NCBI GenBank assembly: GCA_049317285.1
Contig: JBMOIO010000002.1
Span: 15,312-79,311, forward strand
DNA: 64,000 nt
Reading direction: 5' to 3'
Source of the DNA: Minisyncoccia bacterium
Lineage (GTDB): Bacteria; Patescibacteriota; Minisyncoccia; Phycocordibacterales; UBA9973
Under the pieces are notes generated by a model. The model did not search any database, was not told the DNA's origin, and worked only from the letters and a program-made list of their open reading frames with translations. This document shows positions 38,204 through 47,818 of the stretch, in pieces (within the stretch, counting starts at the first letter, position 1; the number at the start of each line of letters is the position of its first letter). A program made the translations under genes and the position numbers.

Positions 38204-39691
38204 ATGGATACCGTATTTATAGCGCTCGGCATGTTTCTTGCCGGAGGACTGTTGGGGTACATGCTCCGCACCGTACTATTGGTGATTACTAAAAATACGC
38301 TAGAGCGCACTGTTTCAGAAAAACTCTTGCAGGCACGGGAAAGTGCGCAAAGCATTCTCGATGAAGCGCACGCAAAAAGCGAACATATTGCCGAGCATGC
38401 ACGAGCACTCGAAGAGCGGCTCGCGGGGCGGGAAATTCTTTTGGATACCCGAACACTTGAACTTGATGAGCGCACTCGTGTACTTGAAGAAAAATCAGAA
38501 GAACTTGCAGAAGACCAAGCGACAGTGAGCGCTCTTATTGAAGAGCAGCAAGAAGAACTCTCTACTATTGCAGACATGACTCCTCTACAAGCACGCGAAG
38601 CATTGCTCCGCGATATCGAAGAGATGCATCAGCACGACCTATCAGTGCGCATGCACAAGCTCGACTATATCCTCAGCGACACACTTGCCGAGCGAGCAAA
38701 AAATATTCTCACCACAGCAATCCAACGTCTTGCCGTACCGACAACAACCGCACTCCTCTCTTCAAACGTAAAAGTTGAAAACGATGAAATCAAAGGAAAA
38801 ATTATCGGAAAGGAAGGGCGGAACATCAAAGCGTTTGAGCGAGCAAGCGGAGTAGAGCTCTTGGTCGACGATATGCCCGGCGCAATTATTGTCTCCTGCT
38901 TTGACCCGGTGCGCCGAGCGATTGCAGTAGACGCGCTCGAAACACTTCTCAAAGATGGTCGCATCCAACCCGCGCGCATTGAAGAAGAAATAGAAGCTGC
39001 GAAACATCGGATTCACGACAGTATTAAAAATCGTGGAGCAGAAGCAGTGTACGAGCTCGGCATCGCGAGCTTTGATCCGCGACTGGTCGCAATTATCGGG
39101 CGTCTTCATTTTCGCACGAGCTACGGACAAAATGTATTACAGCACTCAATCGAGATGGCACACCTCGCCTCCATGTTGGCTGCTGAAATTGGTGCCGACC
39201 CGTACATCGCAAAAGCAGCTGCGCTCGTGCACGATATCGGAAAAGCACTTGATCATGAATTCGAAGGAACACATGTAGAGATCGGCATCAAAGTACTGCG
39301 CAGGTTCAATACCGATGAGCGCATTATTACCGCTATGAAAAGCCATCACGACGACACCCCACACGAAACCCTCGAAGCAGTGATCGTGCAAACCGCTGAC
39401 ATGATTTCTGGTTCACGCCCCGGCGCACGCCGCGACACAGCCGAAGCCTATCTAAAACGTCTGAGCGAACTTGAAGGACTTGCGGGGCGATTTGAAGGAG
39501 TAGAAAAAGTCTATGCGCTCCAAGCCGGGCGCGAAATCCGCATCTTTGTGCACCCTGAGAATGTTTCAGACCTTGCCGCAAAGCGCCTTGCACGCGATAT
39601 TGCGTTTACTATCGAAACCGAACTCCGATACCCGGGCACTATCAAAGTCACCATCATTCGCGAAACCCGCATCACCGACTACGCGAGATAA
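38204..39691 (+). CDS. rny: ribonuclease Y
   Basis: N-terminal TM, coiled coil, KH domain (IGKEGRNIKAFE), HD domain (HDIGKA...). Confidence 0.9.
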   Translation: MDTVFIALGMFLAGGLLGYMLRTVLLVITKNTLERTVSEKLLQARESAQSILDEAHAKSEHIAEHARALEERLAGREILLDTRTLELDERTRVLEEKSEELAEDQATVSALIEEQQEELSTIADMTPLQAREALLRDIEEMHQHDLSVRMHKLDYILSDTLAERAKNILTTAIQRLAVPTTTALLSSNVKVENDEIKGKIIGKEGRNIKAFERASGVELLVDDMPGAIIVSCFDPVRRAIAVDALETLLKDGRIQPARIEEEIEAAKHRIHDSIKNRGAEAVYELGIASFDPRLVAIIGRLHFRTSYGQNVLQHSIEMAHLASMLAAEIGADPYIAKAAALVHDIGKALDHEFEGTHVEIGIKVLRRFNTDERIITAMKSHHDDTPHETLEAVIVQTADMISGSRPGARRDTAEAYLKRLSELEGLAGRFEGVEKVYALQAGREIRIFVHPENVSDLAAKRLARDIAFTIETELRYPGTIKVTIIRETRITDYAR

Positions 39692-39823
39692 GTGTTACAC
39701 ACAGCATAAAGCCACTATCGTTACACAAATGATAGTGGTTTTATCTTTTCTTTAGAATTTCTTCATGAAACCTTCATCTCACAACAGATACGAACACTAA
39801 GAATGGAGGCGATTTAAGAGAAG

Positions 39824-42562
39824 GTGCGGTACAATATACGCATGCCTCCACACGGAAACGATACAGAAAAGTTCACTACCCCTTCAGCTGAACTTGCGCA
39901 CCTCAGTGACCGCGCTCACAAAGAGTACATTCTCCAAAATGAAGCGCACAAAACACTTGAGGATGCTGCACGCGCTTCAGTCGAGTCTTATGCTCGCGCT
40001 GAAGCGCGCGACTTTTTACACGAAACAACTGTTCTTCCAAAACACGAAACAGAAAGTCTTGTGCTCAAACTCAAGCCCGAAGCTCATGACACAAAAATGG
40101 AAGAGCTCTTTGGCATCATGCTCTCCAAAGGAGTAAAGAATGCGCTCGACGTGGTAAAACAGATGAACGACTCACATCTCGAAGACGACTTCCATCGATT
40201 CTTGGTGCAGTATCTCCACACGATCGGCGCATTGCCCGGAATAAAAGAATCCTCTTCACTCTACAAAGAACTCGAACACTCACTCTTCACTGTCACTCTT
40301 CCACCGCGAACCGACACTGCTGACTTCAAATCATTCATCCAGGCGATGAAGCAATTTTATGCTGGCATGCTTGCCTTGTGCGAAAATTCAAAATCATACT
40401 ACACGCTCGAACTTGCCGTACAAAACCATGGGCGCGATATTGCACTCTATGCTTCTGTTCCTCGCGTACACGAACAGACATTTGAAAAACTCGTGAGCTC
40501 CTACTACCCTGGAGCGAGTATTGAAGAAGTAGTCGACGACTACAATATTTTCACCATCGAAGGAAACGGTATTGCGGCTTCAACTGCGCAGTTGAGCGAG
40601 CCCGCGATTTTTCCGCTCGCAAGCGATGAGTCATTTTCTCATGACCCCCTTGTCGCACTCATCGGCTCACTTTCAAAACTAGAACAACAAGGCGAAGGCG
40701 CAGCTATTCAGGTCACTATCGCGGCAGACACAGCAAACAGCAACCGCCTCTATACTTCCATCATTGACGCGGCACAACAGGGCGATGTTGAAGTAAAAAA
40801 ACAGTACAAAGAACTGACCGAAGGAATGCTCACCAGTCTCGGCAAAGGAGTGCTTTCATTTTTCACTACAGATACTCCAAAAGAATCAGACTCAACAAAA
40901 GAAAAAGTTGTCGATACCCGAGGTATTGAACTTGCGCGGATAAAAAATCAAAGCCAATCCTTGAAAGCGGGCATCCGCATTATTACCGCCGCGCCGACAC
41001 TTCTTCGCGCACAAGCGATGCTTTCTTCAATAAAAACATCGTTTGCACAATATGCATTGGTTGAGAGTAATTCAATCAAATGGAACGACATTGCAACAGC
41101 CCGCATTCATGCTGTTGCACGCGACTTTTCATTCCGCACCATCAATGATGCTGAGCTGATGACACTTTCAGTCAACGAACTCGCGACACTCTTTCACTTC
41201 CCTGTCGGCCTTACTGCCGCAAGCGAATTGAAAGAAGTCACAACCGCAAGCGCACCCGCTCCAAGTACTATGCAAAATAGCGGCGGCGTCTACCTCGGCA
41301 CCAACACTTATCGCGGCACCACTACCGATATTTTTCTTTCAAAAGAAGACCGGGTCCGCCACTGCTATGTCGTCGGTCAGACCGGTACCGGTAAGACCAC
41401 CATTTTAAAAAACATGGTGATACAGGATATTAAAAACGGCAACGGCGTGTGCTTCATCGACCCGCACGGAAGCGACCTGCAAGATATTCTTGCAAACATC
41501 CCCCCTGAGCGACTCGACGATGTCATCTACTTTGACCCGGCATACACCGAGCGCCCGATGGGGCTCAATATGCTCGAATACGATGTGCGCTTCCCTGAGC
41601 AAAAGATTTTTGTTATCAACGAACTGATGGGTATCTTCAACAAGCTCTTTGACATGAAAACAGCGGGCGGCCCGATGTTTGAGCAGTACTTCAGAAACTC
41701 GGCCGGACTTGTCATGGAAGACCCCGAAAGCGGTTCCACCCTCCTTGAAATCGGGCGCGTCCTTTCCAATAAAGCATTCCGGGAAATGAAACTTTCGAAA
41801 TGCAAAAACCCGATTATCAAACAGTTCTGGGAAAATGCAGAGAAAACCACCGGCGAAGCATCCTTGGCAAACTTTGTGCCCTACATCACCAACAAGTTCG
41901 ACGTCTTTATTTCAAACGACATCATGCGCCCAGTGATTGCACAGCAACACAGTGTGTTGAACTTCCGTGACATCATGGACAACAAAAAAATTCTTTTGGT
42001 AAATCTCTCCAAAGGGCGCCTGGGCGACATCAACTCGCACCTCATCGGTCTCGTCCTCGTCGGCAAGCTCACGATGGCAGCACTCTCCCGTGTGGACATG
42101 GTCGGCCGCGGACCGATCAACGACTTCTACCTCTACATCGATGAGTTCCAAAATGTGACCACTGACTCGATTGCGACCATTCTCTCTGAAGCCCGCAAAT
42201 ACCGCCTCGCGCTCACTGTCGCTCACCAGTACATTGAACAGCTCGAAGAAAACATCAAAGACGCAGTGTTCGGAAATGTGGGCTCTATGATCATCTACCG
42301 TGTCTCCCCTGAAAATGCGGCAATGTTTGAAAAGCAATTGTCGCCGACATTTACACCAAACGATATCCTCACCCTCCAAAACTTTAATGCTATCGCAAAA
42401 ATATTGGTAAATGGTGTTCCGGAAAAGCCGTTCAACCTCCGCATTCCTCCCCCACCAGTCGGAAACATGGAGATCACCGAAAAGGTCAAACAACTCTCAT
42501 ACCTCAAATACGGCCGCCCTCGCGCCGAAGTCGAAGCCGAAATCTTCGCACGGTATAAATAG
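39824..42562 (+). CDS. soluble P-loop ATPase with TraD/VirD4/TraG-type (T4SS coupling-protein-like) C-terminal half and a ~500-aa unknown N-terminal domain
   Basis: Walker A VVGQTGTGKTT; Walker B/TraG-D_C-like FYLYIDEFQNV...ARKYRLALTVAHQYIEQL...GSMIIYRVSPENA; no TM segments. Confidence 0.6.
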   Translation: MRYNIRMPPHGNDTEKFTTPSAELAHLSDRAHKEYILQNEAHKTLEDAARASVESYARAEARDFLHETTVLPKHETESLVLKLKPEAHDTKMEELFGIMLSKGVKNALDVVKQMNDSHLEDDFHRFLVQYLHTIGALPGIKESSSLYKELEHSLFTVTLPPRTDTADFKSFIQAMKQFYAGMLALCENSKSYYTLELAVQNHGRDIALYASVPRVHEQTFEKLVSSYYPGASIEEVVDDYNIFTIEGNGIAASTAQLSEPAIFPLASDESFSHDPLVALIGSLSKLEQQGEGAAIQVTIAADTANSNRLYTSIIDAAQQGDVEVKKQYKELTEGMLTSLGKGVLSFFTTDTPKESDSTKEKVVDTRGIELARIKNQSQSLKAGIRIITAAPTLLRAQAMLSSIKTSFAQYALVESNSIKWNDIATARIHAVARDFSFRTINDAELMTLSVNELATLFHFPVGLTAASELKEVTTASAPAPSTMQNSGGVYLGTNTYRGTTTDIFLSKEDRVRHCYVVGQTGTGKTTILKNMVIQDIKNGNGVCFIDPHGSDLQDILANIPPERLDDVIYFDPAYTERPMGLNMLEYDVRFPEQKIFVINELMGIFNKLFDMKTAGGPMFEQYFRNSAGLVMEDPESGSTLLEIGRVLSNKAFREMKLSKCKNPIIKQFWENAEKTTGEASLANFVPYITNKFDVFISNDIMRPVIAQQHSVLNFRDIMDNKKILLVNLSKGRLGDINSHLIGLVLVGKLTMAALSRVDMVGRGPINDFYLYIDEFQNVTTDSIATILSEARKYRLALTVAHQYIEQLEENIKDAVFGNVGSMIIYRVSPENAAMFEKQLSPTFTPNDILTLQNFNAIAKILVNGVPEKPFNLRIPPPPVGNMEITEKVKQLSYLKYGRPRAEVEAEIFARYK

Positions 42563-42604
42563 AAAACAAAAAGAGTCCTCCTGCAAGGGCTCTTTTTGTT
42601 TTAG

Positions 42605-43354
42605 GTGCGCTATACTATCACTATGAATATATTTGAAGGATTTTTTGGCTCAAAAAAAGAGCGTGTTTCAGAAGAAAACGAAGTAGCGACAGCAGTAGAA
42701 GAAACTGCTTCCGCACCAAAAACACTTGAATCAATACAAGAGGCAAAAGAGTCCCTTGCCGAGCTTTCCGAGAAGCGCCAAGAAGTCCTTGAAAAACACC
42801 GCGACACTACAGAACAACTCGCATCCCTAGGAGTTCGTGAAATCGAAAAAGATGGCCACGCACGGACCGAAACCTATAACGAAATGCTTAACCCTATCGA
42901 AGCAGAGCTCGCCGCCATCAGTGCCGAGATTGGCGAAAAGCGCGCGGAGTTTGATCTGGAGCCTTCCCGAGCGACAATGCTCGAAGACCGTATGCGCCGA
43001 TTGGAAGAGTTGAAAGTCCAAGAAGAAGCGCAATTTGCCGAGACTGAGGTTTCGAAACAAATCGCCACATATAATAAAGAAATTGATGCGCTCACTGAAG
43101 AAATCGCGACACTGGGCAATAAAAGAATCAGTGGTGACCTTAGGATAACAGAGGCGGAACTGCTCCAAAAAAAGGAGATTGAACGAAATGACATAGACCA
43201 GAAAAAATCAGATCTCTATCGTGATGACAAAATAGCCAACGCTCATACTGAGCGCCTGCAGAAAATTCAGGAATTGAGTACTATCACCTATTTTACCAAG
43301 AAAAACGCCGAAGATGCCTCGTACGACGAAAACGGGCAAATGAGAATTAAGTAA
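42605..43354 (+). CDS. coiled-coil hypothetical protein
   Basis: 249 aa, Glu/Lys/Ala-rich heptad-like sequence. Confidence 0.4.
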   Translation: MRYTITMNIFEGFFGSKKERVSEENEVATAVEETASAPKTLESIQEAKESLAELSEKRQEVLEKHRDTTEQLASLGVREIEKDGHARTETYNEMLNPIEAELAAISAEIGEKRAEFDLEPSRATMLEDRMRRLEELKVQEEAQFAETEVSKQIATYNKEIDALTEEIATLGNKRISGDLRITEAELLQKKEIERNDIDQKKSDLYRDDKIANAHTERLQKIQELSTITYFTKKNAEDASYDENGQMRIK

Positions 43355-43360
43355 TAAAAG

Positions 43361-43390
43361 AAACCGCAACGAATATCGTTGCGGTTTTTA
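43361..43390. terminator. bidirectional rho-independent terminator
   Basis: ccgcaacg-aatat-cgttgcgg followed by TTTTT; between convergent genes. Confidence 0.8.
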
Positions 43391-43403
43391 GTTGAGTTCG
43401 GTG

Positions 43404-43886
43404 TTAATTTAATTGAAGGTCCATGATAAATCCATTAGGCTTTGCCTTAGTAAGAAATGTGGTGTTTATTTTTTCCCAATCATTCTTCTCGGCTTTATTG
43501 TGTATCACCCAGCACTGCAGATCATGGCGATCAATCCGCTCAATCATAAGACCCTGGATCCTGGATCGTAATAGTTCCTCCGCACTGACCGGGCCGATAG
43601 CAATTGTTTCAATGCCCAATTTTTCCATCAAATTGTAGAGTTTTCGAGGACTGATGCCGTACTCCATCAATTCGGTAATGCGAGTTGCTATTATATGCGC
43701 GAGGTATTCGTGATTCGAGTGCTTTACAAGCTCGCTCATTCCTTTCTTGAATACATACCGCTCAATCTCCAAATCTTTCATTGCCTGAAGTTTCATTTTT
43801 TCTCTCTTGGAGGCTATGCGAGAGATGGCATAGATAATTCCCATAGCACCAGCTATAGAAATTATGATTGTTATTAGCGACATCAA
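43404..43886 (-). CDS. membrane-anchored hypothetical protein
   Basis: N-terminal TM MMSLITIIISIAGAMGIIYAI; 160 aa. Confidence 0.4.
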   Translation of the reverse strand: MMSLITIIISIAGAMGIIYAISRIASKREKMKLQAMKDLEIERYVFKKGMSELVKHSNHEYLAHIIATRITELMEYGISPRKLYNLMEKLGIETIAIGPVSAEELLRSRIQGLMIERIDRHDLQCWVIHNKAEKNDWEKINTTFLTKAKPNGFIMDLQLN

Positions 43887-44046
43887 TGTACTTTTCTTAT
43901 ATATATTATAGCAAATTATATATAAAATGTCAAGGTTTGCACTGAAAATCCCTTGCTATATAATGGTGGAAGCTTAAAGCCTTGGCTTTTGGCGCACTGA
44001 TGAATTTAGCAGCAGCACATTTAAAGGAGTAATCCTCGTACATACT

Positions 44047-44319
44047 ATGAACAAACAAGCCCTCGTTGAACTCATTCACGGCAAAATCGGCGGTACGAAA
44101 GTACAGGCTGAAGAAGTTGTGGAGAGTCTGATCGACGCAATCGTAAGTACATTGAAGAAAGGTGACGAAGTTTCTATTGCAGGACTCGGTATCTTCTCAG
44201 TGAAGCCTCGTGCAGCTCGCACTGCTCGCAACCCAAAGACAGGCGAACCAGTGAAAGTTGCCGCTACACGCGTACCAAAATTCCGCGCAGCAAAGGCACT
44301 GAAAGACGCAGTGAAATAA
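44047..44319 (+). CDS. hup: DNA-binding protein HU
   Basis: 90 aa; GLGIFSVKPRAARTARNPKTGEPVKVAATRVPKFRAAKALK. Confidence 0.9.
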   Translation: MNKQALVELIHGKIGGTKVQAEEVVESLIDAIVSTLKKGDEVSIAGLGIFSVKPRAARTARNPKTGEPVKVAATRVPKFRAAKALKDAVK

Positions 44320-44458
44320 GCTCTTCTTTTTTCACACACTGTTCCCACTTACAAAAAGCACCACAGTTATGTGGTGCTTTTTGCGTGAGGCCTTACAGGT
44401 ATTGACTATTTAAAGGAGAGGAGTAGGATAGGGAGAAATTTAAAACTAAATAAACTAT

Positions 44459-44833
44459 ATGAAAGTTCTGTTCTTAAACCCTGAGGCCCTGCCACCGAAG
44501 CAGGCAGATTTTCGTCACGCAATGGTTGGACAATTTAAAGCCACCTGCTCTCTCCAATTCCTTCAAGGAAAAGACTACACCCCCGACAAGGTAATCACTA
44601 CTTTGAAAGAGAAAAAGTGTGGGGAAATAGTATTTTTCAAAAGCCCTCAACAAAAAGCAGAAGAACTGCTACCAATGTTGCAAAAGAAGTTTACTACAAA
44701 GAAGTTTACTTTTTCAGAAAGAATTGTTGAATGGGAAAGAAAAAACATTCCCTGTGTTTCATTAATGATTAGCGAAAAACCAAAAAAGGAAGAAGTTTCC
44801 CAGAACGAAGAGTCGAAGCTCGTAGTGGCCTAA
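44459..44833 (+). CDS. hypothetical protein
   Basis: 124-aa ORF, Lys-rich; no recognised domain. Confidence 0.35.
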   Translation: MKVLFLNPEALPPKQADFRHAMVGQFKATCSLQFLQGKDYTPDKVITTLKEKKCGEIVFFKSPQQKAEELLPMLQKKFTTKKFTFSERIVEWERKNIPCVSLMISEKPKKEEVSQNEESKLVVA

Positions 44834-44844
44834 GGCCCAGAAAA

Positions 44845-44878
44845 CGGATATGCAGTATATGCATATCCGGTTTTTTTA
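44845..44878 (+). terminator. rho-independent terminator
   Basis: cggatatgca-gtata-tgcatatccg 10-bp stem + TTTTTTT. Confidence 0.8.
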
Positions 44879-44881
44879 TTT

Positions 44882-44899
44882 GTGCGGGATAAGGGAGTT
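44882..44899. repeat. 18-nt direct repeat identical to the 3' end of tRNA-Gly(TCC) (45088..45105)
   Basis: tgtgcgggataagggagt occurs at 44882 and again at 45088 as the T-arm/acceptor 3' strand of the tRNA. Confidence 0.8.
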
Positions 44900-45086
44900 G
44901 GTCACAAATCACTAAGCATAATTCTTCGCTCCGCTCGAATTCTGCAAAGTGTTCGCGACCCCGGCTCGCTTGCCTAAAGGCATAGCTCCGCCTTTCTCCT
45001 CCCCCGAAAGCCACGCAGGTGGCTTTCTTTAAATCCCTGCATTACATAAAAAGACCAGGAAACAAATCCTGGTCTTTTTATGTATG

Positions 45087-45157
45087 TGCGGGATAAGGGA
45101 GTCGAACCCTTCACCTCAGTTTGGAAAACTGATATTTTACCGATAAACTAATCCCGC
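45087..45157 (-). tRNA. tRNA-Gly (anticodon TCC)
   Basis: cloverleaf: acceptor gcgggat/atcccgc, anticodon loop ttTCCaa, T-loop ttcgact; no encoded CCA. Confidence 0.85.
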
Positions 45158-45234
45158 TTTGTTTTACTATCCTATCAGATTGGCCTCATACAATCAATAA
45201 ACCCCCTATCACGATAGTTCGCGAGGGGGTTTTA

Positions 45235-45471
45235 TCATTTCATAGCAATAAGATACTGCTCTCCGCTTTTTGAAGCGACTAGTCCAAGAATCAATGGTTC
45301 TGAGGAGTTCTTGCGACTCTCTGCTTCCTCTGTACCATCTTTTACAATGACCAAGCAAAAGGGTCCGTTCTCATAAGAAGAGACATTTAAAGACTCCTGT
45401 TCCATCAATTCGATGCGAGCCTGCACTTGTGTTTCCTGGTCGGGTGATAAAGTAAATAGTTGAGTAAGCAT
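45235..45471 (-). CDS. hypothetical protein
   Basis: 78-aa ORF; no recognised motif. Confidence 0.3.
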   Translation of the reverse strand: MLTQLFTLSPDQETQVQARIELMEQESLNVSSYENGPFCLVIVKDGTEEAESRKNSSEPLILGLVASKSGEQYLIAMK

Positions 45472-45644
45472 ATAAAAGTTCTAAATTCTTAATTATTATA
45501 TAGTTTTTTCAGTATTTGTCAAATACTCTTCGTACTGTTTTCTCATTTCTTTGAGGTAAACCGTATCGTTAGGTAAAATCTTTCGCACCTCTACGCCATT
45601 CTCCATCTCATATGAGGCATAGATTTCATTCTCTGTTTCATCAG

Positions 45645-46181
45645 TCATATATGACGGTGATAAATCTTCATCTGATGCATTTTTTGTACAAAAACTTCAA
45701 GCTTGTTGAAAAACTCTGTTGCATTAAAGTCAGCTGGCAACCTGTCTCTATTAGGGAGCGCTTCTTCAACTGTACAACCATTAATGTATTCCATTACAAT
45801 AACATGGTCTTTCACAAGCGCTCGCTTCCCTCCCTCCATTTTCACTTTCATAGGAGAGACGATGGTTGCAAACGCCTTTGGTACACGAACTTCCGTTCCA
45901 TTATTTTGGAGGGCAGCAAGATACTCAATTTCAACATCGATATCATTATTTCCCGGGAGCATATTATGAACATGCTTAAAGCAAAGCCCTGTAGTTTCGT
46001 CAGGATACTTGTACACTTCCGCCGTCTTACCAAAGCCAACCTTGTTTTCTTCGGTAAAGATTCTTTCTGCAAAAGCACACAAGGTTTCCTTATAGGCTTC
46101 CTCTTCAAGGGTTGGGAAGGCACGGTCGAGTTCTTCTTTATTATAAACTTCAATGTCTCCCTTAAAGGATTCCATAGTCAT
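45645..46181 (-). CDS. protein-kinase-fold-like protein, apparently truncated after the catalytic-loop region
   Basis: start reset to MTMESF (ORF track start overlaps tRNA-Pro); kinase N-lobe-like features, hinge VMEYINGCTVEE, ends at IYHRHI. Confidence 0.35.
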   Translation of the reverse strand: MTMESFKGDIEVYNKEELDRAFPTLEEEAYKETLCAFAERIFTEENKVGFGKTAEVYKYPDETTGLCFKHVHNMLPGNNDIDVEIEYLAALQNNGTEVRVPKAFATIVSPMKVKMEGGKRALVKDHVIVMEYINGCTVEEALPNRDRLPADFNATEFFNKLEVFVQKMHQMKIYHRHI

Positions 46182-46185
46182 AGTG

Positions 46186-46258
46186 TCGGGATGCAGGGAT
46201 TCGAACCCTGAGTCACCTCTTCCCAAAAGAGGCATGTTAGCCGTTACACCACATCCCG
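46186..46258 (-). tRNA. tRNA-Pro (anticodon TGG)
   Basis: acceptor cgggatg/catcccg, anticodon stem cctct/agagg with loop ttTGGga, T-arm cagggttcgaatccctg. Confidence 0.8.
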
Positions 46259-46301
46259 ATGCGTTTTGTATAGTAGCAGAAAGTCCTCTGTAAATAAAGG
46301 G

Positions 46302-46721
46302 TCAGGTAACATCCAAGAACTCTATCTGCACTTCCCCACCCTCTTGGATAGGAAGCTTCACGATCAATGCCTTGGCTCTGTATTCTTTAATCGTATTCAT
46401 CAGGCAATAATACTCCACTGATATCAGAAATTTTCTAATCTTGGCATTTGTCATATTCTCGGCCGGATTGAACCAGCTCCCAAGCCGGGCAGTTTTTACC
46501 TCATAAAAGTAATAGATCCCCCTCTTTTTTGCGACAATATCAATCTCGCCGTATTTATTCGCTCTATTGCGCTCAACAATGCTAAATCCTTGTTTTATAA
46601 GATATGCCACCGCACTACTCTCACCCCTTTCCCCTATTTTTTGTGTTTTTGAGGTAAATTGCCTGATCATTACACTATCAGCATATACCTCCGTACATAA
46701 AGAAAGTATCAAATCGGACAA
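46302..46721 (-). CDS. YraN/UPF0102 family endonuclease
   Basis: GERGESSAVAYLIKQGFSIVERNRANKYGEIDIVA...EVK; PD-(D/E)xK-like. Confidence 0.8.
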   Translation of the reverse strand: MSDLILSLCTEVYADSVMIRQFTSKTQKIGERGESSAVAYLIKQGFSIVERNRANKYGEIDIVAKKRGIYYFYEVKTARLGSWFNPAENMTNAKIRKFLISVEYYCLMNTIKEYRAKALIVKLPIQEGGEVQIEFLDVT

Positions 46722-46898
46722 CTAACAGCCACCGTATCGGCCGTCCGTTATCCCACTTGTGCACACACTTATCCACAGTTCTGTCAAAAAATGAGTGTTT
46801 TCAGTCCGTTTCTGACAATAAAAGACTGAAATTGTCTAAAGGACCGATATGAATCGGGTAAAACAAAAAGACTCCTTCCTGGAGTCTTTTTGTTTTTG

Positions 46899-46969
46899 TG
46901 CGGCTACAGGGAATCGAACCCTGGTCTCGTCCTTGGCAAGGACGCATTCTACCACTAAACCATAACCGC
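46899..46969 (-). tRNA. tRNA-Gly (anticodon GCC)
   Basis: acceptor gcggtta/tagccgc, anticodon arm cgtcc-ttGCCaa-ggacg, T-arm cagggttcgattccctg. Confidence 0.85.
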
Positions 46970-47010
46970 GTACGGAAATCAGTATACATGAAATATAGTG
47001 ATTTCCAATG

Positions 47011-47082
47011 TGCACCTGCCAGGATTCGAACCTGGAACAACTGCTTCGAAGGCAGGCATGATATCCATTTCACTACAAGTGC
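47011..47082 (-). tRNA. tRNA-Arg (anticodon TCG)
   Basis: acceptor gcacttg/caggtgc, anticodon loop ctTCGaa, T-arm ccaggttcgaatcctgg. Confidence 0.75.
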
Positions 47083-47097
47083 AACAAGCTATTTATA

Positions 47098-47769
47098 CTA
47101 TATTTTTACCGTCTTTACCATAGACTCTTTCCACGCCAGCACGGTATGTAAATGATGGATACCATTTACATACATTCTCAAACACCCTTTATATGTAGGG
47201 TTTTTCTTTATTTGATGAACTGTCGGCTTATAGATAGTTTTTTGAAACTGATTTGAATCTATACCCAATTGCTGTACCCAAAAAGCTTCCAGATTTTCTT
47301 CTTTATAGCAGTCGTGTATAAAAAGTCTTATTCTTATTGACTCTTTTGGCACTTGTAGATATTTTTGCATCCACTGATACATAAGCACAATCATTTCTGT
47401 ATCTGAATTAATAAAACTGAATATACCGTCACGTTTTGACCCTTCTGCCCAATACAGACAAAGCCCCATCATGAAATCTATCTTACCTGAATGCTGATTA
47501 TATGAATCATACGCCCTATCTTTTATAACGATGTCTCGTGCTAATCGCTTGCTTCTGTTTACTTCTGCCCCCTTTGCCCTCCCAACCCCTTGGCGAATAC
47601 TTATTTTTTCATATAGTACTTTTTCTTGTTCAGTAGTAAGCTCAAGACGCTTTAGCCATCCTGACAGCGTTCCTTTTGCTACAGGAACTTCTTTCATAAT
47701 TTCAGAGTATGAAAACCCCTGCATTCTTAGTTGTATAGCCCTTGCTTTATTTTGAACGTTCGATTTCAT
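47098..47769 (-). CDS. HTH-domain protein with possible LAGLIDADG-like motif (homing-endonuclease-like?)
   Basis: N-terminal transposase-type HTH (RAIQLRMQGFSYSEIMKEV..GTLSGWLK); MMGLCLYWAEGSKRDG weakly resembles a LAGLIDADG block; abuts the tRNA cluster. Confidence 0.35.
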   Translation of the reverse strand: MKSNVQNKARAIQLRMQGFSYSEIMKEVPVAKGTLSGWLKRLELTTEQEKVLYEKISIRQGVGRAKGAEVNRSKRLARDIVIKDRAYDSYNQHSGKIDFMMGLCLYWAEGSKRDGIFSFINSDTEMIVLMYQWMQKYLQVPKESIRIRLFIHDCYKEENLEAFWVQQLGIDSNQFQKTIYKPTVHQIKKNPTYKGCLRMYVNGIHHLHTVLAWKESMVKTVKI

Positions 47770-47818
47770 GTATGTAACAATTGTATACTCTTTTGCAAGT
47801 AGGTGCTACTATAAAAAC

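Noticed and set aside
46182-46235. N-terminal extension MPLLGRGDSGFESLHPDT of the kinase-like ORF
   Set aside because: This segment is the tRNA-Pro gene translated; start reset to the internal Met.
46801-47155. ORFs 46801..47073 (-) and 46898..47155 (+)
   Set aside because: Both are built across tRNA-Gly(GCC) and tRNA-Arg(TCG) sequences; spurious.
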